DNA of 64,000 nt from Octopus vulgaris (lineage: Eukaryota), in assembly GCA_951406725.2 (NCBI GenBank), contig OX597836.1, positions 16,430,001-16,494,000 of the forward strand, written 5' to 3'. Both the position numbers and the translations under genes were made by a program. This document shows positions 12,704-27,717 of this stretch, piece after piece. Numbering within the stretch: position 1 is the first letter of the stretch; each line of letters starts with the position of its first letter. The notes beneath the pieces are model-generated. The model made no database searches. It was not told the origin of the DNA and was given only the letters and a program-made list of their open reading frames with translations.

Positions 12704-13036
12704 CGTGGCTGAATGGTAAGAAAACTGTTTCTCAACCACGTGGGTTCCAGGTTCAGTCCCAATGCGTGGCACCTTGGAATAATGTCTTCTCCTATATAGC
12801 CTCGGACCGACCAAAGCCTTGTGAGTGGATCATGGGTAGACGGAAACTAAAAGAAGCCCTTTTCATATATACGACGGGCTTCTTTCAGTTTCTGTCTACC
12901 CATGATCCACTCACAAGGCTTTGATCGGCCCGAGGCTATGGTAGACGACACTTGCCCAAGATGCCACGCAGTGGGACTGAACCCAGAAACATGTGGTTGG
13001 TTAGCAAGCTACTTACCACACAGTCACTCCTGCGCC
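12704..13036. mobile_element. Inverted pair of SINE B 5' halves
   Basis: Plus-strand copy 12704-12862 and minus-strand copy 12870-13036, joined at the short TA run where the internal microsatellite normally sits. Confidence 0.85.
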
Positions 13037-13058
13037 TATATATATATATATGAAAGTA

Positions 13059-13211
<153 letters not shown>

Positions 13212-13766
13212 TATATATATAATATATATACTTTCATATATATATATATATTCACCATTATTTTCCCCAGTATTCATAGCCCCTTCAGGCCTTTTTTTGC
13301 CGTCTTCAGTATTGATTGATTATCGATTAACTTCACTATTCCATCACAATATAATACGACTTTTTCCTGGAAACAAAATATTTATTCGATTAATTGCTAA
13401 TCGAACATTTTAATGATGTTTAACCTACATACTTAATATTTCCCTCTGTCCTTTCTTGATAAAGTAGCAAGCGCGGCATCACTGCTCCCCAACTTGTATG
13501 TTCACCCAGGCATTTAAAACGCGCGATGATAACAATCGCTCAGCATTCAATCAAAAAAGCCCCGTTTTATGTTCCTATATTCCTCTGGAATATTTTCATT
13601 TTTATTGCTTTTTTTTTTTGTTGAAATTCTGGCTTTCTTTTTCTTTTTCTTTTTTTTTTGTGCGTAAATGCACTTTTCCGAGGGAAGATTTTTCTTGCTT
13701 TCATTTTTTTTTTTTTTTTTTTTCCTTTTGTATTTAATGGGTTGAATTTTTCTTTTCTTTTTTCAG

Positions 13767-13849
13767 AAACGATATATTGCGATGGTTGCTGTTGCTCTAC
13801 TCTCACTCCGACATCCAAAGACAGGGAACGTCGCAACGTGAGACTCCAA
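13767..13849 (+). other. Candidate 83-nt spliced exon of an unidentified host transcript
   Basis: Strong polypyrimidine tract and CAG (ttttcttttctttttTCAG, AG at 13765-13766), unique sequence of higher GC, then CAA|GTAACG donor. No recognisable protein. Confidence 0.4.
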
Positions 13850-13920
13850 GTAACGTTTTGTGAAAATTTTCAGCATTATATACACACAAACACACACACG
13901 CACATATATATGCATATACA

Positions 13921-14327
13921 TGAGTAGCTGTGTGGTAAGTAGCTTGCTTACCAACCACTTGGTTCCAGGTTCAGTCCCACTACGTTGCACCTTGCGCAAG
14001 TGTCTTCTACTATAACCTCGGGCTGACAAAAAACCTTGTGAGTGGATTTGGTAGAAGAAAACTGAAAGAAGCCCGTCGTGTATATATTTCTATTTATGCG
14101 TGTGTATCTTTGTGTCTGTGTTTCTCCACCCCTATCATCGCGTGACAACCGATGTTGGTGGGTTTATATGCCCCCGTAAGCTAGCGGTTCGGCAAAATAA
14201 CCGATAGAATAAGTACTAGGCTTACAAAGAATAAGTCCTGTGGTTGATTAGTTTGACTAAAAACCTTTAACGTGGTGCTCCAGTGTGACCGCATTGAAAT
14301 TACTGAAAGAAGTAGAAGAATAAAAGA

Positions 14328-14330
<3 letters not shown>
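13921..14330 (+). mobile_element. SINE family B
   Basis: Head, CORE-like segment, internal microsatellite and 3' half. Confidence 0.85.
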
Positions 14331-14391
<61 letters not shown>

Positions 14392-14534
14392 GTGTAATAA
14401 CATACACGGAGCCTGAAAGACTGCTTTAATATACATGGCGTACTTAATAAATATGCCTGATCAAGTATCATGATAGCATGAAACTATTAGTAGCTCTTTC
14501 AGTGGCATACTTAATTCGATATATATGTGTGCGT

Positions 14535-14571
<37 letters not shown>

Positions 14572-14588
14572 CACACATATACAGATAA

Positions 14589-14621
<33 letters not shown>

Positions 14622-14729
14622 TAAATACATGTACAATTATCCTGCAAACACAGGGGGTGAGTGTATGCGTGAAACTGTGCGTGTGTGAGTGTATGTGCGT
14701 GAGTGATATGTGTGAGAGAAAGTGCGTCC

Positions 14730-14785
<56 letters not shown>

Positions 14786-15140
14786 GTGTATGACAGAGAG
14801 AGAGGAGGAGAGAGTGAGATAGAGAGCTGTATTAATGTCTATTATACTAAAGTGCTCACCGCTAAATGCTTCCATTTAGAGCTGCCACCGCAACGTATCA
14901 ATCGCCAAATCACCAACCCGCCAGTCGTGGCCCTCCCACCTCCCTTTGCAGAAAATGTCATTGCCCTTGCCTCGAGTGTCACTTCAGATGACTGAATATG
15001 GGTGCAACTCATACATTTTCTCATGCACCCCGTTTTCTGCTTTTAGGGGTCAATACCACAACTGAATGGGGGGAGGGGGTCATTCAAAATCGGCACCCCC
15101 TCTTTGGTTATACAGACACGTATGTATAAGTGTGTATAAC

Positions 15141-16150
<1,010 letters not shown>

Positions 16151-17151
16151 CGTACGTACACGCACACACATGTACACACATATGCGCTACGCACATTCCC
16201 CGTTGAGTCTCTTTTCACACAATTTACTCCGCCTCAGCCTCATCCACTCCATCGTCCCACATCCATCCATCCATCAAACTTTGCCCTCCTCTGCTCTTCC
16301 CTTTTCCGTTTTTCCGAATTTCTGAAAGTTCTCACGTCACTTTTAATGTTCCAGGTATGGAAATTAATCCCTACTTCGTACACACCAGTGATGGGGGCCC
16401 GGCCCGGCCTGGCTCGGTTCGACCTCTTGTAACCCACTCCTAAAGATATATTTTGCGCCCCTGTTTTTGCCTCACAACAGGATAGGCTCTCGCTTCTTGC
16501 GGCGGCGGCGGCGGTGGTAGTGGTGGTGGGGGGTGGAGATGGTGGTGGTGGTGGTGGTGGTGTTGGTGCTGATGATGATGCTGGTGCTGGTGATGCTGGT
16601 GGTAATAGTGTGATTGTATTACGTCGGTGGTAGTACTGGTGGTGACTGCCGCGTCAGCAGAGCGACAGGCGGTGGAGGTGATAGTTGTGGTGGTGGTGGT
16701 GGTGGTGGTGGTGGTGACGATGACTGGTGGTGGTGATAGCAATGATTTGATGGGGGGGGGATAATCGTGGTAATGATAGTGGTGGCAGTGATGGTGGTGG
16801 TGGTGGTGGTGGTGGTGGTACTGGTAGTTGTGGTGGTGTGTGGGTGTGAAATGGTGTGACGGTGATTGTGTATGTAGTATAGGTGATGGTACGGCAGTTG
16901 TAGTTGTGTTCGGGGTGTCGTTGTAGTTGTTGCTGATGCTGAAACTGCTGTTGTTGCTGCTGCCTTTGTTGTTGTTGTTGTTGTTGTTGTTATTGTTGTT
17001 GTTATTGTTGTTATTGTTGTTGTTGTTGTTGTTGTTGCTATTATAGATTTTTCCGTATCAAAAATCAGGAAATTTCATTTTTTTCCCCTTCCATTTTTTT
17101 CTTCAAGCTCTCTCCATCCTTCATCCTTCTTCACGTTCTCTCATCCCAGCC

Positions 17152-17194
<43 letters not shown>

Positions 17195-17287
17195 CCTCTC
17201 TCTCTCTCCCCCCTCTTTTTCTCATTCGCCCATACACATGCACCATACGCACACACTTTGGACGAGGAGGTTACAGACCATCTCTCA

Positions 17288-17555
17288 GACCTATTTCTTT
17301 ACTACCCACAAGGGGCTAAACAACAGAGGGGACAAACAAGGACAAACAAACGGATTAAGTCGATTAGATCAACCCCAGTGCGTAACTGGTACTTAATTTA
17401 TCGACCCCGAAAGGATGAAAGGCAAAGTCGACCTCAGCGGAATTTGAACTCACAATGTAACGACAGACGAAATACCTATTTCTTTATTTCACAACGTAAC
17501 GACAGACGAAATACCGCAAAGCATTTTGCCCGGCGTGCTAACGTTTCTGCCAGCC
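17288..17555 (-). mobile_element. SINE family C (tail 1) with a short internal duplicated mini-unit
   Basis: Family C body; cacaa.gtaacgacagacgaaatacc occurs twice, joined through tatttcttta. Confidence 0.85.
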
Positions 17556-17795
17556 TCTCTAACTTTAATGTAGGTTCAAACAGAGAGAGAGAAGCCTTAC
17601 TAAATCACAACCTCGGTCTTCAGGCCAAGATTTTCTCGACTCCCCCAGCAGTGCATCAAAATTCCACTCTTATGTAGTGCTGGACCACTACTGGACCCGG
17701 ACCTCATACGGTTAACATTTTGAGGATATCTGGATCTTTAGCATCTGAAGTTTACGAGAGTACAATGTGCAGAGCGTTCGGCCGGAATTTGAGAG

Positions 17796-17900
<105 letters not shown>

Positions 17901-18112
17901 AATACTCATGCACATACACGCGCATGCGCCCGCATATATGCCTACATACATACATATATATATACATATATACATATGTATATGGCTCGCTGGCCAATTT
18001 TCCCCGTCTCATAAGGATTTTCTAAGCTCTCTTCACAACCATCCTGCTTTCGAGAATTCGCATTCTTTCTGTAGAATATCGATCCACTTGACACTTCTAA
18101 GTCTGTTTACAC

Positions 18113-18172
<60 letters not shown>

Positions 18173-18279
18173 GTAAACATTGTTATTATCATTTTTAATT
18201 GTTTTATATATACAAATATATTGATAGAAATGGTAAGACAACAAAAGAACGAAAGAGACCTCGATATTATGTAAATAGA

Positions 18280-18590
18280 GGAATTGCTTACGAACCACAT
18301 GGTTCCGGGTTCAGTTCCACTGCGTGGCACCTTGGGCAAGTGTCTTCTACTATTGCCTCGGGCCGACCAAAGCCTTGTGAGTGGATTTGGTAGACTGAAA
18401 CTGAAAGAAGCCCGTCTAATATATGTATATATATATGTGTGTGTGTCTGTGTGTGTGTTTATGTATATCTATTTGTCCCCCCCCCCCAACATCGCTTGAC
18501 AACCGATGGTGGTGTGTTTACATCCCCGTAACTTTGTGATTCGTCACAAGAGACCGATAGAATAAGTACTAGGCTTACAAAGAATAAGTG
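18280..18590 (+). mobile_element. SINE family B
   Basis: Matches the family B consensus. Confidence 0.85.
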
Positions 18591-18645
18591 CTGCCCTTAT
18601 ATGACCTTTAAGCCCAGCCAAAGTTTTACACATTTTATTAGATAC

Positions 18646-19064
18646 TTATTTCTTTACTACCCACAAGGGGCTAAACGCAGAGAGAACAAACAAGGACAAA
18701 CAAACGGATTAAGTCGATTAGATCAACCCCAGTGCGTAACTGGTACTTAATTTATCGACCCCGAAAGGATGAAAGGCAAAGTCGACCTCGGCGGAATTTG
18801 AACTCAGAACGTAGCGGCAGACGAAATACCTATTTCTTTATTACCCACAAGGGTCTAAACACAGAGTGGACAAAGAAGGACAGACATAGGTATTAAGTCG
18901 ATTACATCGACCCCAGTGCGTAACTGGTACTTAATTTATCGACCCCGAAAGGATGAAAGGCAAAGTCGACCTCGGCGGAATTTGAACTCAGAACGTAGCG
19001 GCAGACGAAATACCGCTAAGCATTTCGCCCGGCGTGCTAACGTTTCTGCCAGCTCGCCACCTTG
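18646..19064 (-). mobile_element. SINE C dimer (one head plus two units)
   Basis: Perfect 17-bp TSD cacattttattagatac (18629-18645 / 19065-19081). Confidence 0.92.
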
Positions 19065-19419
19065 CACATTTTATTAGATACCGCACAGCTGTGCTGGCTG
19101 ACAGGAGAAACAGGTGCCGCCGTATGCACTCTCTTAACACGTCTTTCCAGACCTCCAACAGAGAGGCACACACTTCCGCATTTTACACATGTTCTGTTGT
19201 GGATTGTAACAGCCACGTCGCTGTTTATCATGGTTCGATTCCTGTGAGATTTTTTTGATGGCTGACCAGACTTGCACGACTCCTACAAACACCTCATCCT
19301 ATAAACCACACGCGCACGAAAAGCAGCACTCCCTCACTTTCCACCGGTCCCCTCCTTCTAAGTCTCTCATGTTTCAATCTTTCCTTCTTAAACCCCAAAC
19401 AACCACTAGGCACAGTCTT

Positions 19420-19856
19420 CCTCCATCCATCCATCCATCCATCCATCCATCCATCCATACATGCATACATACATACATACATGTATACATGCATACATAC
19501 ATACATACATACACACATGCATGCATACATACATACATACATGCATACATACATACATACATGCATGCATACATACATACATACATACATGCATACATGC
19601 ATACATACATACATACATACATACATACATACATGCATACATACACACACAGATACATACATACACACACACACACATGCATGCATACATACATACATAC
19701 ATACATACATACATACATACATACATACATACATACATACACACACATACATACATACACACACATACATACACACATACATACACACACACATACATAC
19801 ATACATACATACATACACACACATACATACATACATACATACATACACACATACAT

Positions 19857-19889
<33 letters not shown>

Positions 19890-19965
19890 TGCATGCATAC
19901 ATACATACATACATACATACATACATACATACATACATACATACATACATACACACACACATACA
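19420..19965. repeat. (CATC)n/(CATA)n/(CA)n compound microsatellite
   Basis: Read directly. Confidence 0.95.
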
Positions 19966-19989
19966 TAAGTGCATGCGTACGTATGTATG

Positions 19990-20200
19990 TCTGTGTCTGC
20001 CTCTGTGTCTCTGTCCACCACCACCGCTTAACAACCAGGGCGTTTCGGCAAAAGAGAACCATGAAATATGCACCAGGCTTAACAAATAAGTACTGAGGGC
20101 CAATTCATTCTACGAAAAAAATATTCTTGAAAGGGGGACCCCAGCATGGCCGCAGGTCTAGTGACAGAACGATGTAAATGAATGAAAAAAATAAAAAGAT
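19990..20200 (+). mobile_element. SINE family B, diverged 3' half
   Basis: ccaccaccgcttaacaacc...ccccagcatggccgcag. Confidence 0.65.
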
Positions 20201-20288
20201 GTGTATAAACTGTGTATGTGTGCTTGTGCGTATGTGTGCGTGCGTGTATATGTATGTGTGAGTAGGTATTTATGAGGTTGTGTATGAG

Positions 20289-20325
<37 letters not shown>

Positions 20326-20348
20326 ATATATTTATAAATATATATGTA

Positions 20349-20379
<31 letters not shown>

Positions 20380-20396
20380 CCATATATTTATAAATA

Positions 20397-20439
<43 letters not shown>

Positions 20440-20440
20440 A

Positions 20441-20514
<74 letters not shown>

Positions 20515-20699
20515 CATATATATATATATATAAATATATATATGCGGAGATAGAGTTACGGACAAAAATAGCGTGTGAATTGCAAGTGTGCAACATTGCG
20601 TAAATATATATGTGCCTATCACTGATATGTTTGTATCTAAGTATGAATGAATGCAAAATTCTTTGCGTATACACACGCACATATCCTACCCACCCACAC

Positions 20700-20744
<45 letters not shown>

Positions 20745-21020
20745 TACACACGCATACACTCACAGCGTTGATTTATTGTGTTTAAGTATGCGTACGATGC
20801 AGTGTCAGGATCTCTACAAGACAGAAGAATGCGGAAGTGTTTCGTCCATCCCGAAAAGTGAAGTGATCACAACCATCTTGTTTCGGGGTGGGGGTGGGCG
20901 AACACACCGCCGGAAGTGGATATGTTAAAAGTTGGCGGACATTAAGAATGTATATACAGAGAATGGCTAATGTGTATAGGCTGTATATTTTAACATTTCT
21001 TGTATGTTGTCGAGTAACGA

Positions 21021-21093
<73 letters not shown>

Positions 21094-21220
21094 ATATGTA
21101 TGTATATATATATATGCTTGTATGTATGTGTTTATGTGTAGCTTGGCATATACCGAAATAGAAACAGTAGGGGTGATGATGATGGTTCAAAGACTGGGAA
21201 AGAAGATGAGAATAATGTTA

Positions 21221-21260
<40 letters not shown>

Positions 21261-21320
21261 ATATATATATGCGTTTGTATGTACGTATATACACACATAT
21301 ATAAATGCGTTTGTGTGTAC

Positions 21321-21357
<37 letters not shown>

Positions 21358-21387
21358 CACACCTGTGTATTTATACATGATAAATGT

Positions 21388-21428
<41 letters not shown>

Positions 21429-21486
21429 CATAAATTAGAGAAAAACCACTATTTTGCAATTCAAACAATGATAGACGTAAATCATA

Positions 21487-21529
<43 letters not shown>

Positions 21530-21588
21530 GAAATTTGATTTAATACTAAACTGAATTTTTTCCATAAAGTTTGGATTTATACTCCCTA

Positions 21589-21661
<73 letters not shown>

Positions 21662-21699
21662 TATTAAAGACACATACAACTATGCTTCTAGCTACATAC

Positions 21700-22140
21700 C
21701 TTTACAATAAAAAACAGCAAACACTAATAATAAAGGCGATTTCTCTTATTTGACACCGGAGCAGAGATGAGTGGGACATCACAAGGACAAACTAAATATA
21801 AAAAAACGAGAGTAAAGGAAGGAAAAAGACGGTGAGGCGAGATAAAAGTATACAAAGTATGTAACCAGATGAATGATGCGGTCTTGATACAGGAGAACTC
21901 CCATTGAGGATCGGTCAAGGAACCCTACAGATTAAGGATCACAGGAGCATTCTTAGAGTAGGTTCATTCACCCATGGAATTTTTCTCACAGTTGCACTTT
22001 TTGTCAAGTTTTCTGGGAGGAGATCATATCCCTCTCCACAAAAACTTTCCTTTCCAAGAGGAAGTTTTAAAAAGACTACGAAGGGTGCTGAAGAGTTACT
22101 GGCTTTAAGAATATCGCTCACAGAAGGGTAGAGTTCTTAC
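21700..22140 (-). mobile_element. Older, diverged Tx1-like 3' fragment
   Basis: Minus strand reads FLLERKVFVERDMISSQK, similar to FHLKRKIRVEREVLSSHQ of the 41331 copy. Confidence 0.45.
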
Positions 22141-22239
22141 CTTTAGGATGTAGGTAGGATAATTATTTAGGTGAAAATATACAAACAATCATGATGGTAT
22201 ACAATATTCCTTCCTTCCTCTTTTTTGCAGATTTAACTC

Positions 22240-22470
22240 ATGATTACAGCTCCTGCAGCGGATTTTGGTAGAATTGAAGCAAGGGCAGTCAAGGAGTTTC
22301 TCCTTTTGCAAGGCAAAGGGGTGATGGAAATCCATGGCGAGCTCATGGAAGTCTTGGAGGATGGCTGCCTATCTTACTCTACGGTGAAAATCTGGGTGTC
22401 AGTGTTTCGGACTGGTCATAAATGTACCCCGGTCAGGATGGCCAACTTCTGCAACCACAAAGGACAACAA
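22240..22470 (+). mobile_element. Mariner transposase N-terminal HTH fragment
   Basis: IEARAVKEFLLLQGKGVMEIHGELMEVLEDGCLSYSTVKIWVSVFRTG, then frameshifted PRSGWPTSATTKDN (the PRSGRP motif). Confidence 0.8.
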
Positions 22471-23272
22471 ATCCTTGTAGGAATTACTGAGAATATGTTA
22501 GTTAGTTAGTTAGTTAGTTAATTTTTGGCTCAAAAGCAAATAGCAAGGCCATGTAGGGGGACATGGAGTTAAGTACAGGGTGGTGTTCATGTAAAGAGTT
22601 CAGGCCACTTGAGGTCAAGGGAGACTTTGAACAAAGCGGTCGTCGGCATCTTCACCATCTCGTCTGGCAGCTTGTTCCACGGATCCGCAACCCGGACGGA
22701 GAAAGCTCCTCTCCTTCGGTTGAGATGAAATCGTCGCAGATAGAGCTTTTCGGAATGACCCCGCAGCCGACGCTCTGGAGCAGGAGTGAAGAACAGCTCT
22801 TTCGAGAGGTTACACTTTCCGCTTATGATGTTGTGAGCAAGAATGAGATCACTATGGACTGCAAAATCTTGTGGGATGCAACTATTCAGACATTGGAAAC
22901 CTGACATTGCTGTGGTGTACAGAAAAGACAAAGCGTGTATTATAATTGACATAGGTTTTCTCGGTGACAACAGGATCGGAGAGAAAGGAGAAGAGGAAAA
23001 TGTATGTCGGATGTGGGCAATGAAGAGAGTAGACGCGATAGCAATAGTAATTGGAGCGCTGGGGAATATCAGCAGTCAACATGGATCAAAAAGATTGGTA
23101 CAAATGTTAAGATAGAACACCTACAAAAACCATCATTGCTCGGAACTGCAAGAGTTTTCCTCGGGGTTCCTGAGGCATGATCAGCAAACACGTGTCACCT
23201 CAGTCTGCTGGTTGTGGACAGCTGACACTTTCCACCATATCCTGCAAAATAAGTTGAAAGTTTTCATCAGAT
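22470..23272 (+). mobile_element. R4/Dong-like LINE 3' end (restriction-like endonuclease domain), interrupted by CR1
   Basis: KILWD...KPDIAVV...IIIDI...AIVIGALG...EHLQKPSLLGTARV; 3' UTR then (TAA)n. Confidence 0.85.
22498..22852 (-). mobile_element. 5'-truncated CR1 copy inserted in an R4/Dong-like ORF
   Basis: Highly similar to 563-858; (TAAC)n tail; TATG duplicated at 22494-22497 / 22853-22856. Removing it restores GITENMDCKILWD. Confidence 0.92.
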
Positions 23273-23283
23273 AATAATAATAA

Positions 23284-23490
23284 TGGTTTTAAATGTTGGC
23301 ACGATGCCAGCAATTTCGAGGGAGGAGTAGGTTTATCATAGTGCTCAACTGTCTCCAGTGTTCAACTGGTGCTTATTTCATCGATCCCGAAGAGATGAAA
23401 GGCAAGGTCGACCTTGGCGGAATTTGAACTCAGAACGCAAAGACGGACGAAATGCCGCTAGGCGTCCTAACGACTTTGCCAGCTCGCTGT
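23284..23490 (-). mobile_element. SINE C, old copy with tail 2
   Basis: Family C body plus a degenerate tail 2. Confidence 0.75.
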
Positions 23491-23493
23491 CTC

Positions 23494-23533
<40 letters not shown>

Positions 23534-23547
23534 GCAACAACAACAAC

Positions 23548-23585
<38 letters not shown>

Positions 23586-23586
<1 letters not shown>

Positions 23587-23979
23587 CCTTTCTACTAGAG
23601 GCACAAGGCCTGAAATTTGGGGAGGGGACAGTTGATTGCACCGACCCCAGTACTCAACTGATTCTTAATTTATCGACCCCGAAAGGATGAAAGGCAAAGT
23701 AAACCTCGGTGGAATTTGAACTCGGAACGCAACGAGAGACGAAATACCTATTTCCTTATTACCCACAAGGGGCTAAACACAGAGGGGACAAACAAGGACA
23801 GACATAGGTATTAAGTCGATTACATCGACCCCAGTGCGTAACTGGTACTTAATTTATCGACCCCGAAAGGATGAAAGGCAAAGTCGACCTCGGCGGAATT
23901 TGAACTCAGAACGTAACGGCAGAGGAAATACGGCTACGCAATTCGTCCGACGTGCTAACGTTTCTGCCAGCTCGCCGCC

Positions 23980-23980
<1 letters not shown>
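23586..23980 (-). mobile_element. SINE C hetero-dimer: head plus tail-1 unit fused at GGTATT to a head-less tail-3 unit
   Basis: Junction gaaatacctatttcc at ~23741-23755. Confidence 0.88.
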
Positions 23981-24053
<73 letters not shown>

Positions 24054-24083
24054 AAGAAGAAGAAGAAGAAGAAGAAGAAGAAG

Positions 24084-24168
<85 letters not shown>

Positions 24169-24808
24169 GTAATAATAATAACAATAGTAATAATAATAAT
24201 AATTTCATATTTAATGATCATGCTCCTATGTTGACCATGTGTATGTCGTGAGCCAATCTCCAGTTTAGGGTCCGTATTTAAAAATATTTTATCTTATTGT
24301 ACAGAACCTCAGCTTGCAAACATTAATTGCCGAAACAGCAAGGTGTATGTCAATATGCATAAACGTTCGTGTGTGTGTACATATGTGTGTGTGTGTGTGT
24401 ATGAAAATGTGTGTATGTTTTTCTGTATTTATTGCATTCGTAGCTATGTACATTTGGGTGTCTATGTATGCGTAAGGCTTGAACGTTTATGTGTGTGTGT
24501 GTGTGAGTGTGTGTGTATGCGTGCGTTTGCGTGTGTATATACATATATATACACATACACTTTCATGCACATGCATATATATGTAAACACGTACACTCAC
24601 TCGTAATGCGTTTATATATATATATATATATATATATAAATATTCATACACATACACACGCATGCGCCCGCATATATGCCTACATACATATACATACATA
24701 TATACATATATATATATGTGGGGGGGGTATGTATGTGTGAGTATGTATGTATGTGTGTATCGTTCTGCATTTCTTGGCACAAAGACACATACACTCATAC
24801 ATACATAC

Positions 24809-24868
<60 letters not shown>

Positions 24869-25207
24869 GAAACTCCACAAAGCATTCATCTTGTATTACA
24901 ACCGCGTCACCCGCTCCTTACAACTGCCACCACCACTTCCTCTACCAGTCGGAACGCCATCAGCAGAGTTCCATCACCAATTTCCCAGTTACCAGTTCTG
25001 ACAAGTCACTGATAAACAGTTTGCTGCCAGAGAAAAATTATTCACCGATTCCAAACACCTTCCGAAATAATGTATTAAATTGACCGGAAGTGAAGACGTT
25101 TGTAACATGGCCGCCTTATCGGTTTTCTTCATAGCGTCTCTATAAATGTGTTTCTTGGGCGCAAGAAACAAATAAAAAAAGAAAGAAAATATGGAATAAA
25201 ATCTTAC

Positions 25208-25249
<42 letters not shown>

Positions 25250-25284
25250 TGCAGATGCAGCAACAGACAAATAATAACAAATAA

Positions 25285-25470
25285 TGGTATCAAATTTTGG
25301 AACAGGCCTTAGCAATAGCAATTGTTTCAAATTTTTGCAGGGGGCCAGCAGCTTCAGAAGGGATATAGAAATCAATTACATCAGCCCCCCAGGATTCAAC
25401 TGGTACTTATTTTATCGACCATGAAAAGGTAAGACAAAGTCGATCTCAGTGGAATTTGAACTCAGCACGT
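25285..25470 (-). mobile_element. SINE C, degenerate (tail 2)
   Basis: caactggtacttattttatcgacc...ggaatttgaactcag. Confidence 0.6.
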
Positions 25471-25710
25471 TTTAGCACCCTTCGACGCTTTTGTGCTGAG
25501 GTTGCTGACGTACTCCGTCTCCGAATGTAGTAATCGATGTCATGTCTCATCAGGCGGTGAAGCTCCACTGTAGAGCTTTGGCAACGCCAGAGCTGTTTAG
25601 CATCACCCACCGATGCAGGCGGCTAAACTCAAACATGACACTACGAGTTGTTTGAGTCAGATGTTTCTAACATCCATGTTTGTTCTTACTTCATCACTCG
25701 TGCTCCCTCC

Positions 25711-25789
<79 letters not shown>

Positions 25790-26029
25790 ACGAAGAAGAA
25801 GGAGAAGAAGAAGAAGAAGAAGAAGAAGAAGAAGGAGAAGAAGAAGAAGAAGAAGAAGAAGAAGAAGAAGGAGGAGAAGAAGGAGAAGAAGAAGAAGAAG
25901 AAGAAGAAGAAGAAGGAGAAGAAGAAGAAGAAGAAAGAAGGAGAAGAAGGAGAAGAAGGAGAAGAAGAAGAAGAAGAAGAAGAAGAAGAAGAAGAAGAAG
26001 AAGAAGAAGAAGAAGAAGAAGAAGATGAA

Positions 26030-26089
<60 letters not shown>

Positions 26090-26090
26090 A
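25790..26090. repeat. (GAA)n/(CAA)n microsatellite
   Basis: Read directly. Confidence 0.95.
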
Positions 26091-26496
26091 ATGGTAATGC
26101 AAGATTGTGAACGAAGAACAAATTTGGGAATGGCCTGGATTGACAATTGCAAAGCTTATAATATGATTCCACGTTCTTGGATCATCGAGTTCTTAGATCT
26201 GCTTAGAATTGCGAGCAATGTAACGTGTTTCCTGAAGAGAAATATGGTGTAGATGGAAAACTGAACTAACATCCTACGGAAAAAGCTTGAGCACCCTGGG
26301 TATCACAAGAGGGATTTTTCCAGGGTGATAGCTTATCTCTGTTGCTTTTTGTTCTGTACATGATCCCTCTGACCTCGATACTTGAGAAAATGAACCTGGG
26401 AAATCAGCTAAAGGGAAAATCCCAAACAATCAACCACCTCTTCATGGATGATTTGAAATTGTATGGCAAGGATGAGACACAGTCCACTATTTTAGT

Positions 26497-26887
26497 GGAT
26501 GGAATGGAAGCACTCCGTCGGTTACGACGACGAGGGTTCCGGTTGATCCGAATCAACGGAACAGCCTGCTCGTGAAATTAACGTGTAAGTGGCTGAGCAC
26601 TCCACAGACACGTGTACCCTTAACGTAGTTCTCGGGGATATTCAGCGTGACACAGAGAGTGACAAGGTCGGCCCTTTGAAATACAGGTACAACAGAAACA
26701 GGAAGTAAGAGTGAGAGAAAGTTGTGGTGAAAGGGTACAGCAGGGATCACCACCATCCCCGCCGGAGCCTCGTGGAGCTTTAGGTGTTTTCGCTCTATAA
26801 ACACTCACAACGCCCGGTCTGGGAATCGAAATCGCGATCCTACGACCGCGAGTCCGCTGCCCTAACCACTGGGCCATTGCGCCTCCA
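26497..26887 (-). mobile_element. SINE family A (tail 1), full length
   Basis: 12-bp TSD cactattttagt (26485-26496 / 26888-26899). Confidence 0.93.
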
Positions 26888-27717
26888 CACTATTTTAGTA
26901 CTGATATTAGAATGGAATTCGGACTCAAGAAGTGTGGAAAAATCTACCTAGAAAGAGGCAAAGTACTGTCCCTTGCGGGGATAGAATTACCGAATAGAGA
27001 ACTGATTAAACAAATTGAAACGGAAGGTTACAAATACCTTAGTGTACTAGAGTTCAACGAGATAATTGCAAAGGAAATGAAAGAGCAACGGAAGATGGAG
27101 TATTTTCGAAGACTAAGGTTGGTGTTGCGCTCAAAACTGAGTGAATGGAATAAAATTCGAGTAGTTAATACGCGGGAAATAGCATCACTTTGGTATGGAG
27201 CTGGAATTATAAAATGCCAAAAGAAAGAACTAATGAAAATAGATACGAAGACAAGAAAAATGTTGACAATGCATGGAACCTTCCACCCTAAGAGTGAAAC
27301 TGATAGGCTGTGCTTATCCATAAGAAATAGTGGGTGAATTTTGATCAGTTGCCAGGATTGTATCGAAGCGGAGGAAAATAGCTTGGGGTGGTATGTAAAA
27401 AATGTCGTGGAACCATCGTTAAAACATGCGAGGGAGGCCGGCGTCATTAGAACTGAGAATTTTTAAGAAAGAAAAATTTAAAGAGGAAAAGAACACTAAA
27501 AAAAAGAAGCAACATGGAAGTAAAAAAAAATGTACGTCCAGTTTGCAAGAGATACAAACGCCAAGACACATACGGACGACCTGTGGCTATGGATGAGAAG
27601 GGGTGACTTGAAAATAGGAACAGAAGCACTCATATGCGCAGCTCAAGGACAAGCGTTAAGGACTAACTACGTGGAGTGCCGAATCGACTACACTACCGAC
27701 AGCGACAAATGTCGGTA

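Noticed and set aside
19255-20103. Overlapping 200-270 aa His/Thr/Tyr and Cys/Met/Val ORFs
   Set aside because: Artefacts of the (CATA)n microsatellite.
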